IMG/VR virus record: IMGVR_UViG_3300017766_001463
Location: 1 to 51,556 of that record
From: a virus
Taxonomy: Duplodnaviria > Caudoviricetes
Strand: one strand, 5' to 3'
DNA: 51,556 nucleotides
Shown here: piece by piece, positions 1 to 10,117 of the stretch
Position numbering within the stretch: position 1 is the stretch's first letter
How the letters are laid out: each line of letters begins with the position of its first letter
Made by a program: the position numbers and the translations under genes
The notes under the pieces: model-generated
The model's input: the letters and a program-made list of their open reading frames with translations, nothing else
The model's database searches: none
What the model was told of the DNA's origin: nothing

Positions 1-42
1 GCAGCTACAAAAGGCGTGATGGCTCGCGGCCCTATGGCCTGA
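1..42 (+). CDS. 3' end of small virion-region protein (partial)
   Basis: Frame 1 reads AATKGVMARGPMA* and ends 7 nt before the next ATG. Confidence 0.6.
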   Translation, partial: AATKGVMARGPMA

Positions 43-49
43 TACGAAC

Positions 50-730
50 ATGAACTACACCCAGTTGACCGCTGCAATCTGCGATTACACGCAGAACTTC
101 GACCAAGACTTCATTGACAACATCCCGGTGTTTGTCACGCAGGCGGAGCAGCGCATCTACAACACGGTGCAGTTCCCTTCGCTTCGCAAGAACGTCACGG
201 GTCTGACAGAGGCAAACAACAAGTATCTGTCTTCCCCCGGAGACTTCTTGGCCGTTTACTCTCTGGCTGTTGTGGATGCCACTGGCGCGTACGAGTACTT
301 GCTGAACAAGGATGTCAACTTCATCCGTCAGGCGTACCCCACGCCTACGAGCACCGGCATCCCCAAGTACTACGCCCTGTTTGGTCCAACGACAACAAGC
401 GGCGCATCGCCAGTCATCACCAATGAGTTGTCGTTCATCATGGGCCCAACCCCTGCGGCGGCGTACACGGTGGAGTTGCACTATTACTACTACCCTGAGT
501 CGATCAGTGTGGCGGCTTCTGGCCAGACATGGTTGGGTGACAACTTTGACTCCGTGCTGTTGTACGGCTCTTTGGTGGAAGCCATCACCTTCATGAAGGG
601 TGAGGCCGACATGGTGGCTTTGTACAACACCAAGTACAACGAGGCATTGGCTTTGGCAAAACGTCTGGGCGACGGCATGGAACGTCAGGACGCATATCGT
701 TCTGGCCAATACCGACAGGCGGTGACTTGA
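50..730 (+). CDS. Putative head-tail adaptor / tail tubular protein A-like
   Basis: 226 aa; MNYTQL..AI start, G.PKYYA and LLYGSLVEA motifs typical of podovirus adaptor-like proteins; gene position. Confidence 0.6.
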   Translation: MNYTQLTAAICDYTQNFDQDFIDNIPVFVTQAEQRIYNTVQFPSLRKNVTGLTEANNKYLSSPGDFLAVYSLAVVDATGAYEYLLNKDVNFIRQAYPTPTSTGIPKYYALFGPTTTSGASPVITNELSFIMGPTPAAAYTVELHYYYYPESISVAASGQTWLGDNFDSVLLYGSLVEAITFMKGEADMVALYNTKYNEALALAKRLGDGMERQDAYRSGQYRQAVT

Positions 731-731
731 T

Positions 732-1148
732 ATGGCATTTGAGCAAACACTCACCACGAGCTTCAAGCAGGACATCCTGCTTGGGGTTCACGACCTTGAA
801 ACCGACACCATCAAGATGGCGTTGTATTTGGCAACCGCCAATCTGGGCGCAGACACCACCATCTACACCACGACTGGCGAGACTTCCGGTACGGGCTATT
901 CTGCTGGCGGAGAAGTGCTCACTGGTGTAACGGTACTAACTTCCGGTACTACGGCGTACGTGGACTTTGCCGACCCATCTTGGGACCCTGCTGTCTTTAC
1001 TGCACGGGGTGCGCTAATTTACAATGCAAGCAAGAGCAACAAGGCGATTGCGGTGTTGGACTTCGGGTCGGACAAGACGGCCACAACCATTTTCACGGTG
1101 CAGATGCCCGCTAACACAGCGACAAGTGCGCTGATCCGTATTGCATAA
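732..1148 (+). CDS. Virion structural protein (tail-associated)
   Basis: 138 aa, SFKQ..L.G.HD and FTARGALIYN motifs; tightly packed in structural operon. Confidence 0.6.
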   Translation: MAFEQTLTTSFKQDILLGVHDLETDTIKMALYLATANLGADTTIYTTTGETSGTGYSAGGEVLTGVTVLTSGTTAYVDFADPSWDPAVFTARGALIYNASKSNKAIAVLDFGSDKTATTIFTVQMPANTATSALIRIA

Positions 1149-1157
1149 GGACCAACC

Positions 1158-1676
1158 ATGTTCAAAGAAAACGCAAAAGCTGGTGGCGTGTTCCACGTCC
1201 AGTGCATCGACAAAGATGGCAACCTGAAGTGGGAAGATTCGGTTCCAAACCTCGTTGTGAACGAGGGTCTTCAGGACATGAACAACAAGTACTTCAAGGG
1301 TATTGGCTACAGTGCTGCTTGGTATATGGGTCTGATTACTGGCCCCGGTGCCAGCACGACCATTGCTGCGGCGGATACGCTGGCCTCACACGCAGGTTGG
1401 ACTGAGTTTACCAACTACTCCGGCAGTCGCCCAGCCATCACATTTGGCACACCGACAACCGCAGACCCATCGGTTGCTACCAACTCTGCTTCGCCCTCTT
1501 CGTTCTCGATCTCGAGTTCTGGCGGCACGGTGGCAGGTGCGTTTATCTGCACAGCAGCTTCTGGTACTTCCGGCACACTGTTCTCGGCTTCTGACTTCCA
1601 GTCTCCCGGCGACCGTGTTGTTGTGTCCGGTGACACATTGAACGTCACGTACACATTCAGCCTTGACGCTGCCTAA
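1158..1676 (+). CDS. Virion structural protein
   Basis: 172 aa, NLVVNEG and GDTLNVTYT motifs, S/T/G-rich; AAGGA SD. Confidence 0.6.
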   Translation: MFKENAKAGGVFHVQCIDKDGNLKWEDSVPNLVVNEGLQDMNNKYFKGIGYSAAWYMGLITGPGASTTIAAADTLASHAGWTEFTNYSGSRPAITFGTPTTADPSVATNSASPSSFSISSSGGTVAGAFICTAASGTSGTLFSASDFQSPGDRVVVSGDTLNVTYTFSLDAA

Positions 1677-1687
1677 TGGGGTAGCGA

Positions 1688-2239
1688 ATGTTTAGCGGAT
1701 CGGCTTTTGCAGCGGCACCCTTCGCAGCTACAGGGTCGAACACGTACAACGCCTCCATTGACGAGAACGCGAGCCTGTTTGACACGTTTGTAGGCGTACC
1801 GACTTTTGCGACAAACATAGCCGAAGCGGGTGCAGGCTCTGACGCTGTGAGCGTTGCTGCTTCTATTTTTAATGCTTTGGCGGCGGAACTTGCCACAGCG
1901 ACAGATTCCGTCACGGTTGCTGCGTCTTCATTCAGCGCCAGCATTGCCGAGATTGCCACAGGTACTGATTCGCCCAGTGTGGCTCCATCCACGTTTAACG
2001 CGCAGGTCGCTGAGACCGTTACGGCCTTGGATCAGGTTTACGCCTACATGGCGTTTGCCTGCGTCATCACCGAGGCTGGGGCGATCAGTGACGTGGCCAC
2101 GGCCAGATTGCTGTGGGAGCTCATCAACGACTCACAAACTGCTGGATGGCAGACGCTTAATGCGGCACAATCGACCACATGGTCAACGATCAATGACAGC
2201 GCCCCAACTACGTGGTCTGACATACCAACATTGGATTAA
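1688..2239 (+). CDS. Ala/Ser-rich structural protein
   Basis: 183 aa, MF...FAAAPFA start and C-terminal W-x-x-IND repeats. Confidence 0.55.
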   Translation: MFSGSAFAAAPFAATGSNTYNASIDENASLFDTFVGVPTFATNIAEAGAGSDAVSVAASIFNALAAELATATDSVTVAASSFSASIAEIATGTDSPSVAPSTFNAQVAETVTALDQVYAYMAFACVITEAGAISDVATARLLWELINDSQTAGWQTLNAAQSTTWSTINDSAPTTWSDIPTLD

Positions 2240-2241
2240 AT

Positions 2242-4191
2242 ATGGCAATCGTTGTAAAAGACAGAGTACAGCAGACATCCACCACGACCGGTACAAGTGA
2301 CTTTGTGCTGTCGGGTTCGGTTTCGGGCTTTCAATCCTTCGCGGCCATCGGTAACACCAACATCACGTACTACGCTGCGGTTGATCCAAACACAGGCGAC
2401 TGGGAAGTTGGTCTGGGTACATACAGCACAACGGGCCCAACTCTAACCCGCACCACCATTTATGAGTCCAGCAGCGCAGGATCAAAGATTTCTTTTGGCG
2501 CTGGTGCGAAGAACGTCTTCTGCGTATACCCCGCAGAGCGAGCCATCTACGAAGAGCCCGATGGCCAGACCCTGATCGACGGTGGGCCCATCACAATCTT
2601 GGGCAGCGGCGTTACCGTAAACCCGTCTCTGGAGGCAGAGCTGGGCAAGTTCGTGGGCAACGTGGATTCGTTTGGTCAGGTGTACAACCTGAACCAGAAT
2701 GACGGCTCCTCGGCCTCTGCTGACTTCGTGGTGTACAACGACTCCACCACAGACGGGTACACGCACTTCACCGACATGGGCATCAACAGCTCAAACTACA
2801 CGTCGGTGGACTACCCCATCTTCACGCCCGGTTCGGGCTACGTGTTCCATGACGGGGATGACTTCTTCATCGGTAACCAGACTGCGGCCAAGGATGTCGT
2901 GCTGTTTGCTGGCGGAGCGGATACAACCAACGAAGCTGTTCGCATTAAAGGTGCAGACCAAGCGGTCGAGCTGGCAAGCGATCTGTCCGTAGCCGGTACG
3001 GCCACCATCACGGGTGCGGCTGAGTTCCAGTCCACCGTTTTGCTGGATGCAGACCCAACACTTGCCCTGCAAGCTGCCACCAAGCAGTATGTGGACAACG
3101 CCACGTCCAACGGCTTCCACGTCCACGAGCCCGTTCTTGTGGCCACGACTGGCAACCTGACTGCCACCTACAGCAACGGCACTGCCGGTGTTGGCGCGAC
3201 CCTGACTAACTCTGGCACCCAAGTAGCGCTGTCTGTTGATGGCGTGTCGATGGCTGTAAACGACCGGGTTCTGGTCTGGCAGCAGACTACCGGCACTCAG
3301 AACGGCGTGTATGTCGTCACTACAGTGGGCTCTGGGGCAACAAACTGGGTACTGACTCGCTCCGCTGACGCAAACACCTCGACCGAAGGCGATCCAAACA
3401 CGCTGGGCGGCGGTGACTATTTCTTTGTTCAGAGCGGCACTACGCAAGGCTTCTTTGCGTTCATCTGCACAAACACAGCCGCAATTGTGTTTGGCACCAC
3501 CGCCATTACGTTCAACGAATTCAGTCAAGTTCCTGTTTACACAGGCGGCACCAACATTGACATCACAAGCCAGACGATCTCTCTGACTGGCACTGTGGCC
3601 GCAACCAACGGCGGCACAGGTGTAAACACTGTTACAACGGGCGATCTGCTGTACGGCTCTGGCACCAACACATGGAGCAAGCTGGCTGCGGGTGCTGGGT
3701 ACAAGTCGCTGGTCATGAACGCTGGCGGCACCAACGTCGAGTGGAACGCTGTTGCCCTGAACCAATCAGGCGCAGTGTCTGGTGCCTTGGGTGCTACAAA
3801 CGGCGGTACAGGCCAGTCCTCTTACGCTGTTGGCGACATCTTGTATTCCGGCTTGGCCAACACATTGAGCAAGCTCTCCGGCAATACGACCACGACCAAG
3901 AAAGTCCTGACGCAGACTGGTACTGGGTCCGACTCGGCTGCTCCTGCATGGGATACTATCTCCTCCGGGGACATCAGTGGTCTTGGCACGATGGCTACAC
4001 AGAACGCCAACAACGTGGCCATCTCGGGCGGCAGCATAAACGGTACGACAATCGGTAACAGCAGCCCACAATCAGGCGCGTTCACCACACTGACGGCCAA
4101 CAGCGGCAACACGGTGCTGGATGCAAGCAACTACACAACATACGCCGACCCTGCTGGCACGGCGGTGGCAATGGCAATCGCTTTGGGGTAA
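2242..4191 (+). CDS. Tail fibre / large virion structural protein
   Basis: 649 aa, T/G-rich; DRV..TSTTTGT N-terminus, QNGVYVV..W.LTR domain, GGTG..GD.LY repeats, AVAMAIALG end. Confidence 0.7.
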   Translation: MAIVVKDRVQQTSTTTGTSDFVLSGSVSGFQSFAAIGNTNITYYAAVDPNTGDWEVGLGTYSTTGPTLTRTTIYESSSAGSKISFGAGAKNVFCVYPAERAIYEEPDGQTLIDGGPITILGSGVTVNPSLEAELGKFVGNVDSFGQVYNLNQNDGSSASADFVVYNDSTTDGYTHFTDMGINSSNYTSVDYPIFTPGSGYVFHDGDDFFIGNQTAAKDVVLFAGGADTTNEAVRIKGADQAVELASDLSVAGTATITGAAEFQSTVLLDADPTLALQAATKQYVDNATSNGFHVHEPVLVATTGNLTATYSNGTAGVGATLTNSGTQVALSVDGVSMAVNDRVLVWQQTTGTQNGVYVVTTVGSGATNWVLTRSADANTSTEGDPNTLGGGDYFFVQSGTTQGFFAFICTNTAAIVFGTTAITFNEFSQVPVYTGGTNIDITSQTISLTGTVAATNGGTGVNTVTTGDLLYGSGTNTWSKLAAGAGYKSLVMNAGGTNVEWNAVALNQSGAVSGALGATNGGTGQSSYAVGDILYSGLANTLSKLSGNTTTTKKVLTQTGTGSDSAAPAWDTISSGDISGLGTMATQNANNVAISGGSINGTTIGNSSPQSGAFTTLTANSGNTVLDASNYTTYADPAGTAVAMAIALG

Positions 4192-4194
4192 ATC

Positions 4195-4521
4195 ATGGCA
4201 AATACTTTCACCAGATATTTAAACAAGAGCGTTGGCACATCTGCTGCCACGGTTGTCACTGTGGGCTCATCCACGCAGACCACCATCATTGGCCTGTCTT
4301 TGGCCAACACCACGACTTCACCGATCACGGTCAGTGCGTTCATCACGGCTTCTGCTGTGGACTACTACCTGATTAAAGATGCCACAGTCCCTGTGGGCGG
4401 TACGCTGGTGGTTGTGGGCGGGGATCAGAAAACAGTGCTGGTGACAAACGATGCGCTGAAGGTCATCTCTTCTACGGCGGCTTCGGCGGACGTGGTCACG
4501 TCAGTGCTCAACATCACCTAA
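4195..4521 (+). CDS. Small virion structural protein
   Basis: 108 aa, MANTF start, beta-rich, in operon. Confidence 0.6.
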   Translation: MANTFTRYLNKSVGTSAATVVTVGSSTQTTIIGLSLANTTTSPITVSAFITASAVDYYLIKDATVPVGGTLVVVGGDQKTVLVTNDALKVISSTAASADVVTSVLNIT

Positions 4522-4530
4522 AGGTAGCCC

Positions 4531-5781
4531 ATGTCGTACGTAGGCAATACCAATACAACCCAAGCGTTTACAGCAGCCGTTGATTATTTCAGCGGTGATG
4601 GCTCGACTGTTGCGTTTACACTGTCCCGTCCTGTTGCTTCGACGGCGCAGGTTCAGGTGGTAGTCAACAACGTACCGCAGAACCCCACTGACGCTTTCAC
4701 GGTACTGAACAACACGATCACGTTTACAGGCGCACCGTCGTCTGGCACAAACAACATCTATGTCCAGTACACGAGCCCAATTACTCAGGTCATCCAGCCG
4801 GGTCAGGGCACGGTAGGCGCTGTGCAACTTGATATTGCCGGTGGAGCAGGAACAGGCGCAGCCAAAATGCCCGTTGGCACTACTGCACAACGTCCTACAG
4901 GTGCGGCAGGTTTGTTTCGGCTGAACAGCACGACCGGAAACCCAGAGTGGTACGACACATTAACATCGTCTTGGATTCCTTTTGGCGACACCGCTGGGTC
5001 TTTGTACCCTGTTGAATACCTCGTCGTTGCTGGCGGCGGTGGTGGTGCAAGTGGTCTGGCAAACGGAAACGCCACAGGTGGCGGTGGCGCAGGTGGGTTC
5101 CGTACTGCATCTCTTACTTTGACATCCGCCACGGCATATACGGTAACAGTTGGCAGTGGTGGTGCAAGAAACGGAGCAAACCAAGGAGGAAGCAACGGTT
5201 CAAATTCAGTATTTGGTTCAATTACATCTACTGGAGGTGGTGGTGGCGCAAATTATTCTTCCGCTGGAAATGCTGGCGGCTCTGGCGGTGGCGGAGGTGC
5301 TGGCCAAACTGGTGGTGCTGGCACATCTGGCCAAGGGAATGCTGGCGGTGCGGGTTATGGATCAGCAGTCCCCTATCGCGGAGGTGGCGGGGGTGGTGCA
5401 AGTGCTGCTGGAGCAACTGGCTTGTCTTCTGGAAACGGCGGCGCAGGTTCTGCATCTTCTATTTCTGGAGCCAGCGTCACTTATGCTGGCGGTGGCGGTG
5501 GGGGTTGCTACATAGGCTACTCAGCAGGTTCTGGTGGCTCAGGTGGCGGTGGATCAGGGACTGCTGGTGCTGTTGATGGCACGGCTGGAACAACAAACAC
5601 TGGTGGTGGTGGTGGCGCTGGAGGCTGGGAATCTGCTAATCAAGGTCTTGGCGGCAACGGAGGCTCTGGTATCGTAATCATTCGTTACCCCGGCGCACAA
5701 CGCGGCACAGGCGGCACAGTGACATCCTCTGGTGGCTACACCATCCACACCTTCACATCGTCCGGCACATACACGGCATAA
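4531..5781 (+). CDS. Glycine-rich tail fibre-like protein
   Basis: 416 aa; YLVVAGGGGG...GGSGIVIIRY glycine-rich domain; N-terminus paralogous to 6872 gene. Confidence 0.7.
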   Translation: MSYVGNTNTTQAFTAAVDYFSGDGSTVAFTLSRPVASTAQVQVVVNNVPQNPTDAFTVLNNTITFTGAPSSGTNNIYVQYTSPITQVIQPGQGTVGAVQLDIAGGAGTGAAKMPVGTTAQRPTGAAGLFRLNSTTGNPEWYDTLTSSWIPFGDTAGSLYPVEYLVVAGGGGGASGLANGNATGGGGAGGFRTASLTLTSATAYTVTVGSGGARNGANQGGSNGSNSVFGSITSTGGGGGANYSSAGNAGGSGGGGGAGQTGGAGTSGQGNAGGAGYGSAVPYRGGGGGGASAAGATGLSSGNGGAGSASSISGASVTYAGGGGGGCYIGYSAGSGGSGGGGSGTAGAVDGTAGTTNTGGGGGAGGWESANQGLGGNGGSGIVIIRYPGAQRGTGGTVTSSGGYTIHTFTSSGTYTA

Positions 5782-5790
5782 GGATCAGAA

Positions 5791-6081
5791 ATGGCGCACT
5801 TTGCAAAAGTCAGCAACGGCGTAGTGGTTCAGGTCATTGTGGCCGAGCCGGAGTTTTTCAACACGTTTGTGGACTCATCTCCCGGACAGTGGATTCAGAC
5901 CAGCTACAACACGCACGGCGGCGTTCATGCCAACGGCGGCACACCCCTGCGTAAAAACTACGCAGGTGTCGGGTATACATACGACGCACAGCGCGATGCT
6001 TTCATCCCGCCACAACCAGCGCCAGAGTGGACGCTTGACGAAGAAACTTGTTTGTGGGTACAGCCCACTGAGGGGGCATAA
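5791..6081 (+). CDS. Small protein partnered with glycine-rich fibre
   Basis: 96 aa, MAHFA..WIQTSYN..RKNYAG.GYTYD..RDAFIPP motif. Confidence 0.65.
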   Translation: MAHFAKVSNGVVVQVIVAEPEFFNTFVDSSPGQWIQTSYNTHGGVHANGGTPLRKNYAGVGYTYDAQRDAFIPPQPAPEWTLDEETCLWVQPTEGA

Positions 6082-6612
6082 ATGGCACTCAGCACAATTA
6101 ACAACTCCGGATTGGCTGCGGGAACCGCTCGTGCAAACTTTGGCGCTGGCGCTGTGTTGCAGGTTTTACAGACTGTGAAAGTCGATACATATTCCAGCAC
6201 AGCAACAACATGGACGGATGTAACAGGCGTGTCTTTAAGCATTACTCCAGCTTCTGCTTTAAATAAAGTTCTTATCAGTGTAAATATTGCGGTTGGTTCA
6301 TCTAGCGCATCGCCTGACATAATGTTGCGCATTGTTAGGGACTCGACAGCTATAGCGATTGGCAATAACGGCGGCACAGACCAATTGACCATCACGCCAT
6401 TTTCAACTGCGGCATCGTCAACTACTGAATCATATCGTTCAATGGCTAATACAGTCCAGTATTTGGACAGCCCTGCAACAACTTCAGCGGTTACTTACAA
6501 AATACAAATGCGAAATTGGAGCAATAGTGACACTTATTTTGTTGGGCGAAGGGGTTTAAATTCGTCTTTTATCGAGCCTACATTTTTAACTGCAATGGAG
6601 ATAGCAGGATGA
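6082..6612 (+). CDS. Short fibre/spike-like protein
   Basis: 176 aa; GAVLQV..SITP.S..K.L..LDSPATTS.VTYK; paralogous to C-terminus of 6872 gene. Confidence 0.6.
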   Translation: MALSTINNSGLAAGTARANFGAGAVLQVLQTVKVDTYSSTATTWTDVTGVSLSITPASALNKVLISVNIAVGSSSASPDIMLRIVRDSTAIAIGNNGGTDQLTITPFSTAASSTTESYRSMANTVQYLDSPATTSAVTYKIQMRNWSNSDTYFVGRRGLNSSFIEPTFLTAMEIAG

Positions 6613-6875
6613 ACCACAATGCTATTTACGCACTTTATCCGCAAGTCGTTACAGTTGATGATGGCACTGGTGCATTTGACGCTCAAGGCAACAAGGTTGA
6701 AATCGACATGGATGCCGTCAATGCTTGGGTTGACCCCAACGCATACAAAGCCCAACGCGCCGCCGCATACCCGCCAATTGGTGAACAACTGGATGCCTTG
6801 TGGAAAGGCGGAGACGCTGCTGCTGATATGCTCGCTCGTGTCCAAGCAGTGAAACTGGAGTACCCCAAGCCATGA
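6609..6875 (+). CDS. Putative tail fibre assembly chaperone
   Basis: 88 aa, Y...RA.AYP.IGEQLDALW..VK..YPKP motif; ATGA overlap. Confidence 0.6.
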   Translation: MNHNAIYALYPQVVTVDDGTGAFDAQGNKVEIDMDAVNAWVDPNAYKAQRAAAYPPIGEQLDALWKGGDAAADMLARVQAVKLEYPKP

Positions 6876-7843
6876 GCTACATCGGAAACGAGCCAACCAC
6901 AGTTGCCTTCCTGACGGACACGTTCTCGGGTAACGGCTCGACTGTTGCCTTCACCATGTCTGTGGCTCCTGCCACGACCTCCTCCATTCTTGTGGCCATC
7001 ACTGGCGTGGTGCAAGACCCATCGACCTACTCTGTGGTCGGTACAACCCTGACGTTCTCTGCTGCGCCGCCATCGGGCACAGGCAACATCTCCGTGCGTT
7101 ACCTTGGCATCCCTGCCAGCGGAGTAACAACTACCGCGTACCGCACCGTCACCGACTTCACAGCCACCGCAGGGCAGACCACTTTCAGTGTGCCCTCATA
7201 CACTGTGGGCTACATCGACGTGTACCGTAACGGTGTGCGCTTGGTTGCTGCTGACTACACGGCCACAAACGGAACCACGGTTGTTCTGGCTGCTGCGGCC
7301 ACGGCTGGCGACTCTGTGGTGACTGAGAGCTTTTATGTGAGCTCGGTACTGAACGCCATCCCGGCAACGGCAGGGGCGGTGAACTCGACTTACTTGGCAG
7401 ATGGCTCGGTGACGCGAGGAAAAATGGGCTACGCTGGCGCTATTTTACAAGTGGTTACAAACACATCTGCTGGGGCAAGTTCTACAACCAGCACAACGTA
7501 CGTCGATATGACAAACGCAACGCTGTCGATTACACCGACAAGTGCAACAAGCAAAATCTTGGTTACGGTTTCTGGGACTTTGTTTGCGTCTCTTGTTGGT
7601 GGAACCAACGTTGTTGCATACGCCCAGTTGGTCCGTGGGTCAACGGCGTTACAAGAGCAACTTGGAAGCGTTCAGAGCGGTGCTGGAGGTTTGCAGGGGT
7701 ACTTTCCAACCAGCTTTTGTTTTTTGGATTCCCCCGCAACAACATCGTCCGTCACGTATAAATTGCAGCAAAAAGTGAGCACAGCCTCAAGCACGCTCAC
7801 ATCATCCTCGTTTTATATTGTTGCTCAGGAGGTTTTTGCATGA
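6872..7843 (+). CDS. Tail fibre-like protein
   Basis: 323 aa; N-terminus like 4531 gene, FTATAGQTTF domain, C-terminus like 6082 gene. Confidence 0.65.
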   Translation: MSYIGNEPTTVAFLTDTFSGNGSTVAFTMSVAPATTSSILVAITGVVQDPSTYSVVGTTLTFSAAPPSGTGNISVRYLGIPASGVTTTAYRTVTDFTATAGQTTFSVPSYTVGYIDVYRNGVRLVAADYTATNGTTVVLAAAATAGDSVVTESFYVSSVLNAIPATAGAVNSTYLADGSVTRGKMGYAGAILQVVTNTSAGASSTTSTTYVDMTNATLSITPTSATSKILVTVSGTLFASLVGGTNVVAYAQLVRGSTALQEQLGSVQSGAGGLQGYFPTSFCFLDSPATTSSVTYKLQQKVSTASSTLTSSSFYIVAQEVFA

Positions 7844-8886
7844 CTAACGCCGTAAACATTGCACAAGGCGGGACGAACAACGTCTCGTGGCGAAACCGCA
7901 TCATCAACGGTGCGATGGTGATTGACCAGAGAAACTCTGGTTCGGCAGTAACGATTGATGGCACAAACGCAACCTATTCGATTGATCGTTGGGCTGGCGC
8001 TGATGCCACGGACGGCGTGTTTACACTGCAGAGGTCAACAACCGCTCCCGCTGGATATACCAACAGTTTGCTGGCCACGGTTACCACGGCTGATGCGTCT
8101 TTGGCGGCTACCCAGCGCTCGTTCATTGTTCAGTATATTGAAGGTTTAAATTGCGCCGATCTTGGCTGGGGCACGGCTTCAGCGTCCACAGTCACTTTGT
8201 CTTTTTGGGTGCGCTCAAGTTTGACGGGGACTTTTGGCGGCTCTTTGTACAACAGCGCAGAAGACCGCAGTTACCCGTTCAGCTACACAATCAGCGCCGC
8301 AAATACCTTTGAGCAGAAAACCGTCACCATTCCGGGCGACACCACAGGCACATGGCTGACCACCAACGGTATTGGTATTGCTGTCGGATTTAATTTGGGT
8401 ACGGGATCAACCTATACCGGAACCGCTGGCGCTTGGGCTGGAACGCGGTACTACGCCCCCACAGGAGCTACATCCGTCATTGGTACGCTGGGCGCAACCT
8501 TCTACATCACCGGAGTCCAACTGGAATCAGGTACTGCTGCATCCCCGTTTGAGTTTAGGAACTACGGGCAAGAGTTTGCCATGTGCCAGCGGTACTACGA
8601 ATTTATTGGGGGCCCTTTGTATCAGACCTACACAAACGTGGCAAGCTCTAATACGCGAGGCAGCTCCATATATTTTAGGGTAACTAAACGGTCGGCCCCC
8701 ACGGTGACATACGTTGGTACGAGTGAGTACATTCCGAGTGGTAGTGGCGGCAACAACTTTACACCCAGCGCACAAAACATCACTGTTAACGCTTTTAGTC
8801 CTTGGGGTGACAACTACAGTTCGGGAGTGTTCCAGCTTTGCTACACCGGCACGGGCGCAGGAATTCAGGCATCAGCGGAGCTTTAA
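7840..8886 (+). CDS. Tail fibre / carbohydrate-binding-like protein, paralog 1
   Basis: 348 aa; RNRIING.M.IDQR, TLSFWVRSS, ITGVQLE.G..A..F, MCQRYY motifs. Confidence 0.7.
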   Translation: MTNAVNIAQGGTNNVSWRNRIINGAMVIDQRNSGSAVTIDGTNATYSIDRWAGADATDGVFTLQRSTTAPAGYTNSLLATVTTADASLAATQRSFIVQYIEGLNCADLGWGTASASTVTLSFWVRSSLTGTFGGSLYNSAEDRSYPFSYTISAANTFEQKTVTIPGDTTGTWLTTNGIGIAVGFNLGTGSTYTGTAGAWAGTRYYAPTGATSVIGTLGATFYITGVQLESGTAASPFEFRNYGQEFAMCQRYYEFIGGPLYQTYTNVASSNTRGSSIYFRVTKRSAPTVTYVGTSEYIPSGSGGNNFTPSAQNITVNAFSPWGDNYSSGVFQLCYTGTGAGIQASAEL

Positions 8887-8888
8887 TC

Positions 8889-9053
8889 ATGTACCAACTT
8901 CTCCCCACCACACCACTGGGCCCAGCAACAAGCGTAAAGCGCATTGCTGACAACGCCTTCATTCCAATGGACCCTGATAACACAGACTACGCCGAGTACC
9001 TCGCGTGGCTTGAGCAGGGCAACACACCCCTTCCCGCAGAGGAGCAACAATAA
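8889..9053 (+). CDS. Small fibre chaperone-like protein, paralog 1
   Basis: 54 aa from ATG 8889; NAFIP.DP.NTDYAEYL.WLE.GNTPLP. Confidence 0.7.
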   Translation: MYQLLPTTPLGPATSVKRIADNAFIPMDPDNTDYAEYLAWLEQGNTPLPAEEQQ

Positions 9054-10117
9054 TGGCACTGACAACTGTCGATCAAGGTCTGCTGGGGACATACGCCCAG
9101 TACACGGGGTTCAAAAACCGCATCATCAACGGAGATATGCGGATCAACCAGCGGAATGCTGGTGCGAGTGTTACGTTGAATAACACAGGGGCTTACACGC
9201 TTGACAGGTGGTACGACCGCTGTGTTGGCGGTGCTGGTTCGGCTGTTATTACTGTTCAACGCAGCACTACAGCCCCGTCCGGGTTTACCAACTCCTCTTT
9301 AATAACCGTAACGACAGCAAAAACTCCGGCGGTGTCTGAGCAATTCTGGAGGTATCAGGCAATTGAAGGTTTTAACGCCGCAGATTTTGCTTTTGGTAGC
9401 GCTTCAGCTTTGTCGATCACCATGTCATTTTGGGTTCGATCATCAGTCACAGGCACGTATTCAGTTGCATTTCAAAACTCCGCACAAAACCGCTCGTATG
9501 TCGCCACTTACACAGTCAATGCGGCCAACACATTTGAGTACAAAACAATCACAATTTCCGGAGACACATCAGGAACATGGTTGACTGACAGCGGCGTTGG
9601 TTTATATGTCTTCTTTGATACTGGCAGTGGGTCAAACTTCAACACAACTGCTGGCGCTTGGGGTGCTGGGACGTTCTACAGAACTAGTGGGTCAGTGTCT
9701 TTGATTTCCAATTCCGGAGCCACCTTCTACATCACAGGCGTTCAGCTTGAAGCAGGCAGCACAGCCACATCGTTTGACCGCAGGGACTACGGGCGTGAAC
9801 TGATGATGTGCCAGCGGTATTTTGAGAAGTCGTACAACGATGGTGTGGCTGTCGCAACTGCAACGGCTGTTGGTGCTGCGTCCGGGCAGACCAACGTGTC
9901 CAACATCTCCACCATTTCAATTCGCTTCAAGGTGGACAAACGCACAACACCAACAGTCACTATTTACGGCACAGACGGAACCGCTGGCGTGGTCACTGAT
10001 AACATTAACCGAGGGGGGACACCAACAAATACAGGCGCGACAGGCACAAACATTTATTGGGGCGGCAACACAGGCTTCATCGGCTACGTCCACTACACAG
10101 CAGCATCGGAGTTATAA
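9053..10117 (+). CDS. Tail fibre / carbohydrate-binding-like protein, paralog 2
   Basis: 354 aa; same motifs as 7840 gene with a different C-terminal tip. Confidence 0.7.
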   Translation: MALTTVDQGLLGTYAQYTGFKNRIINGDMRINQRNAGASVTLNNTGAYTLDRWYDRCVGGAGSAVITVQRSTTAPSGFTNSSLITVTTAKTPAVSEQFWRYQAIEGFNAADFAFGSASALSITMSFWVRSSVTGTYSVAFQNSAQNRSYVATYTVNAANTFEYKTITISGDTSGTWLTDSGVGLYVFFDTGSGSNFNTTAGAWGAGTFYRTSGSVSLISNSGATFYITGVQLEAGSTATSFDRRDYGRELMMCQRYFEKSYNDGVAVATATAVGAASGQTNVSNISTISIRFKVDKRTTPTVTIYGTDGTAGVVTDNINRGGTPTNTGATGTNIYWGGNTGFIGYVHYTAASEL

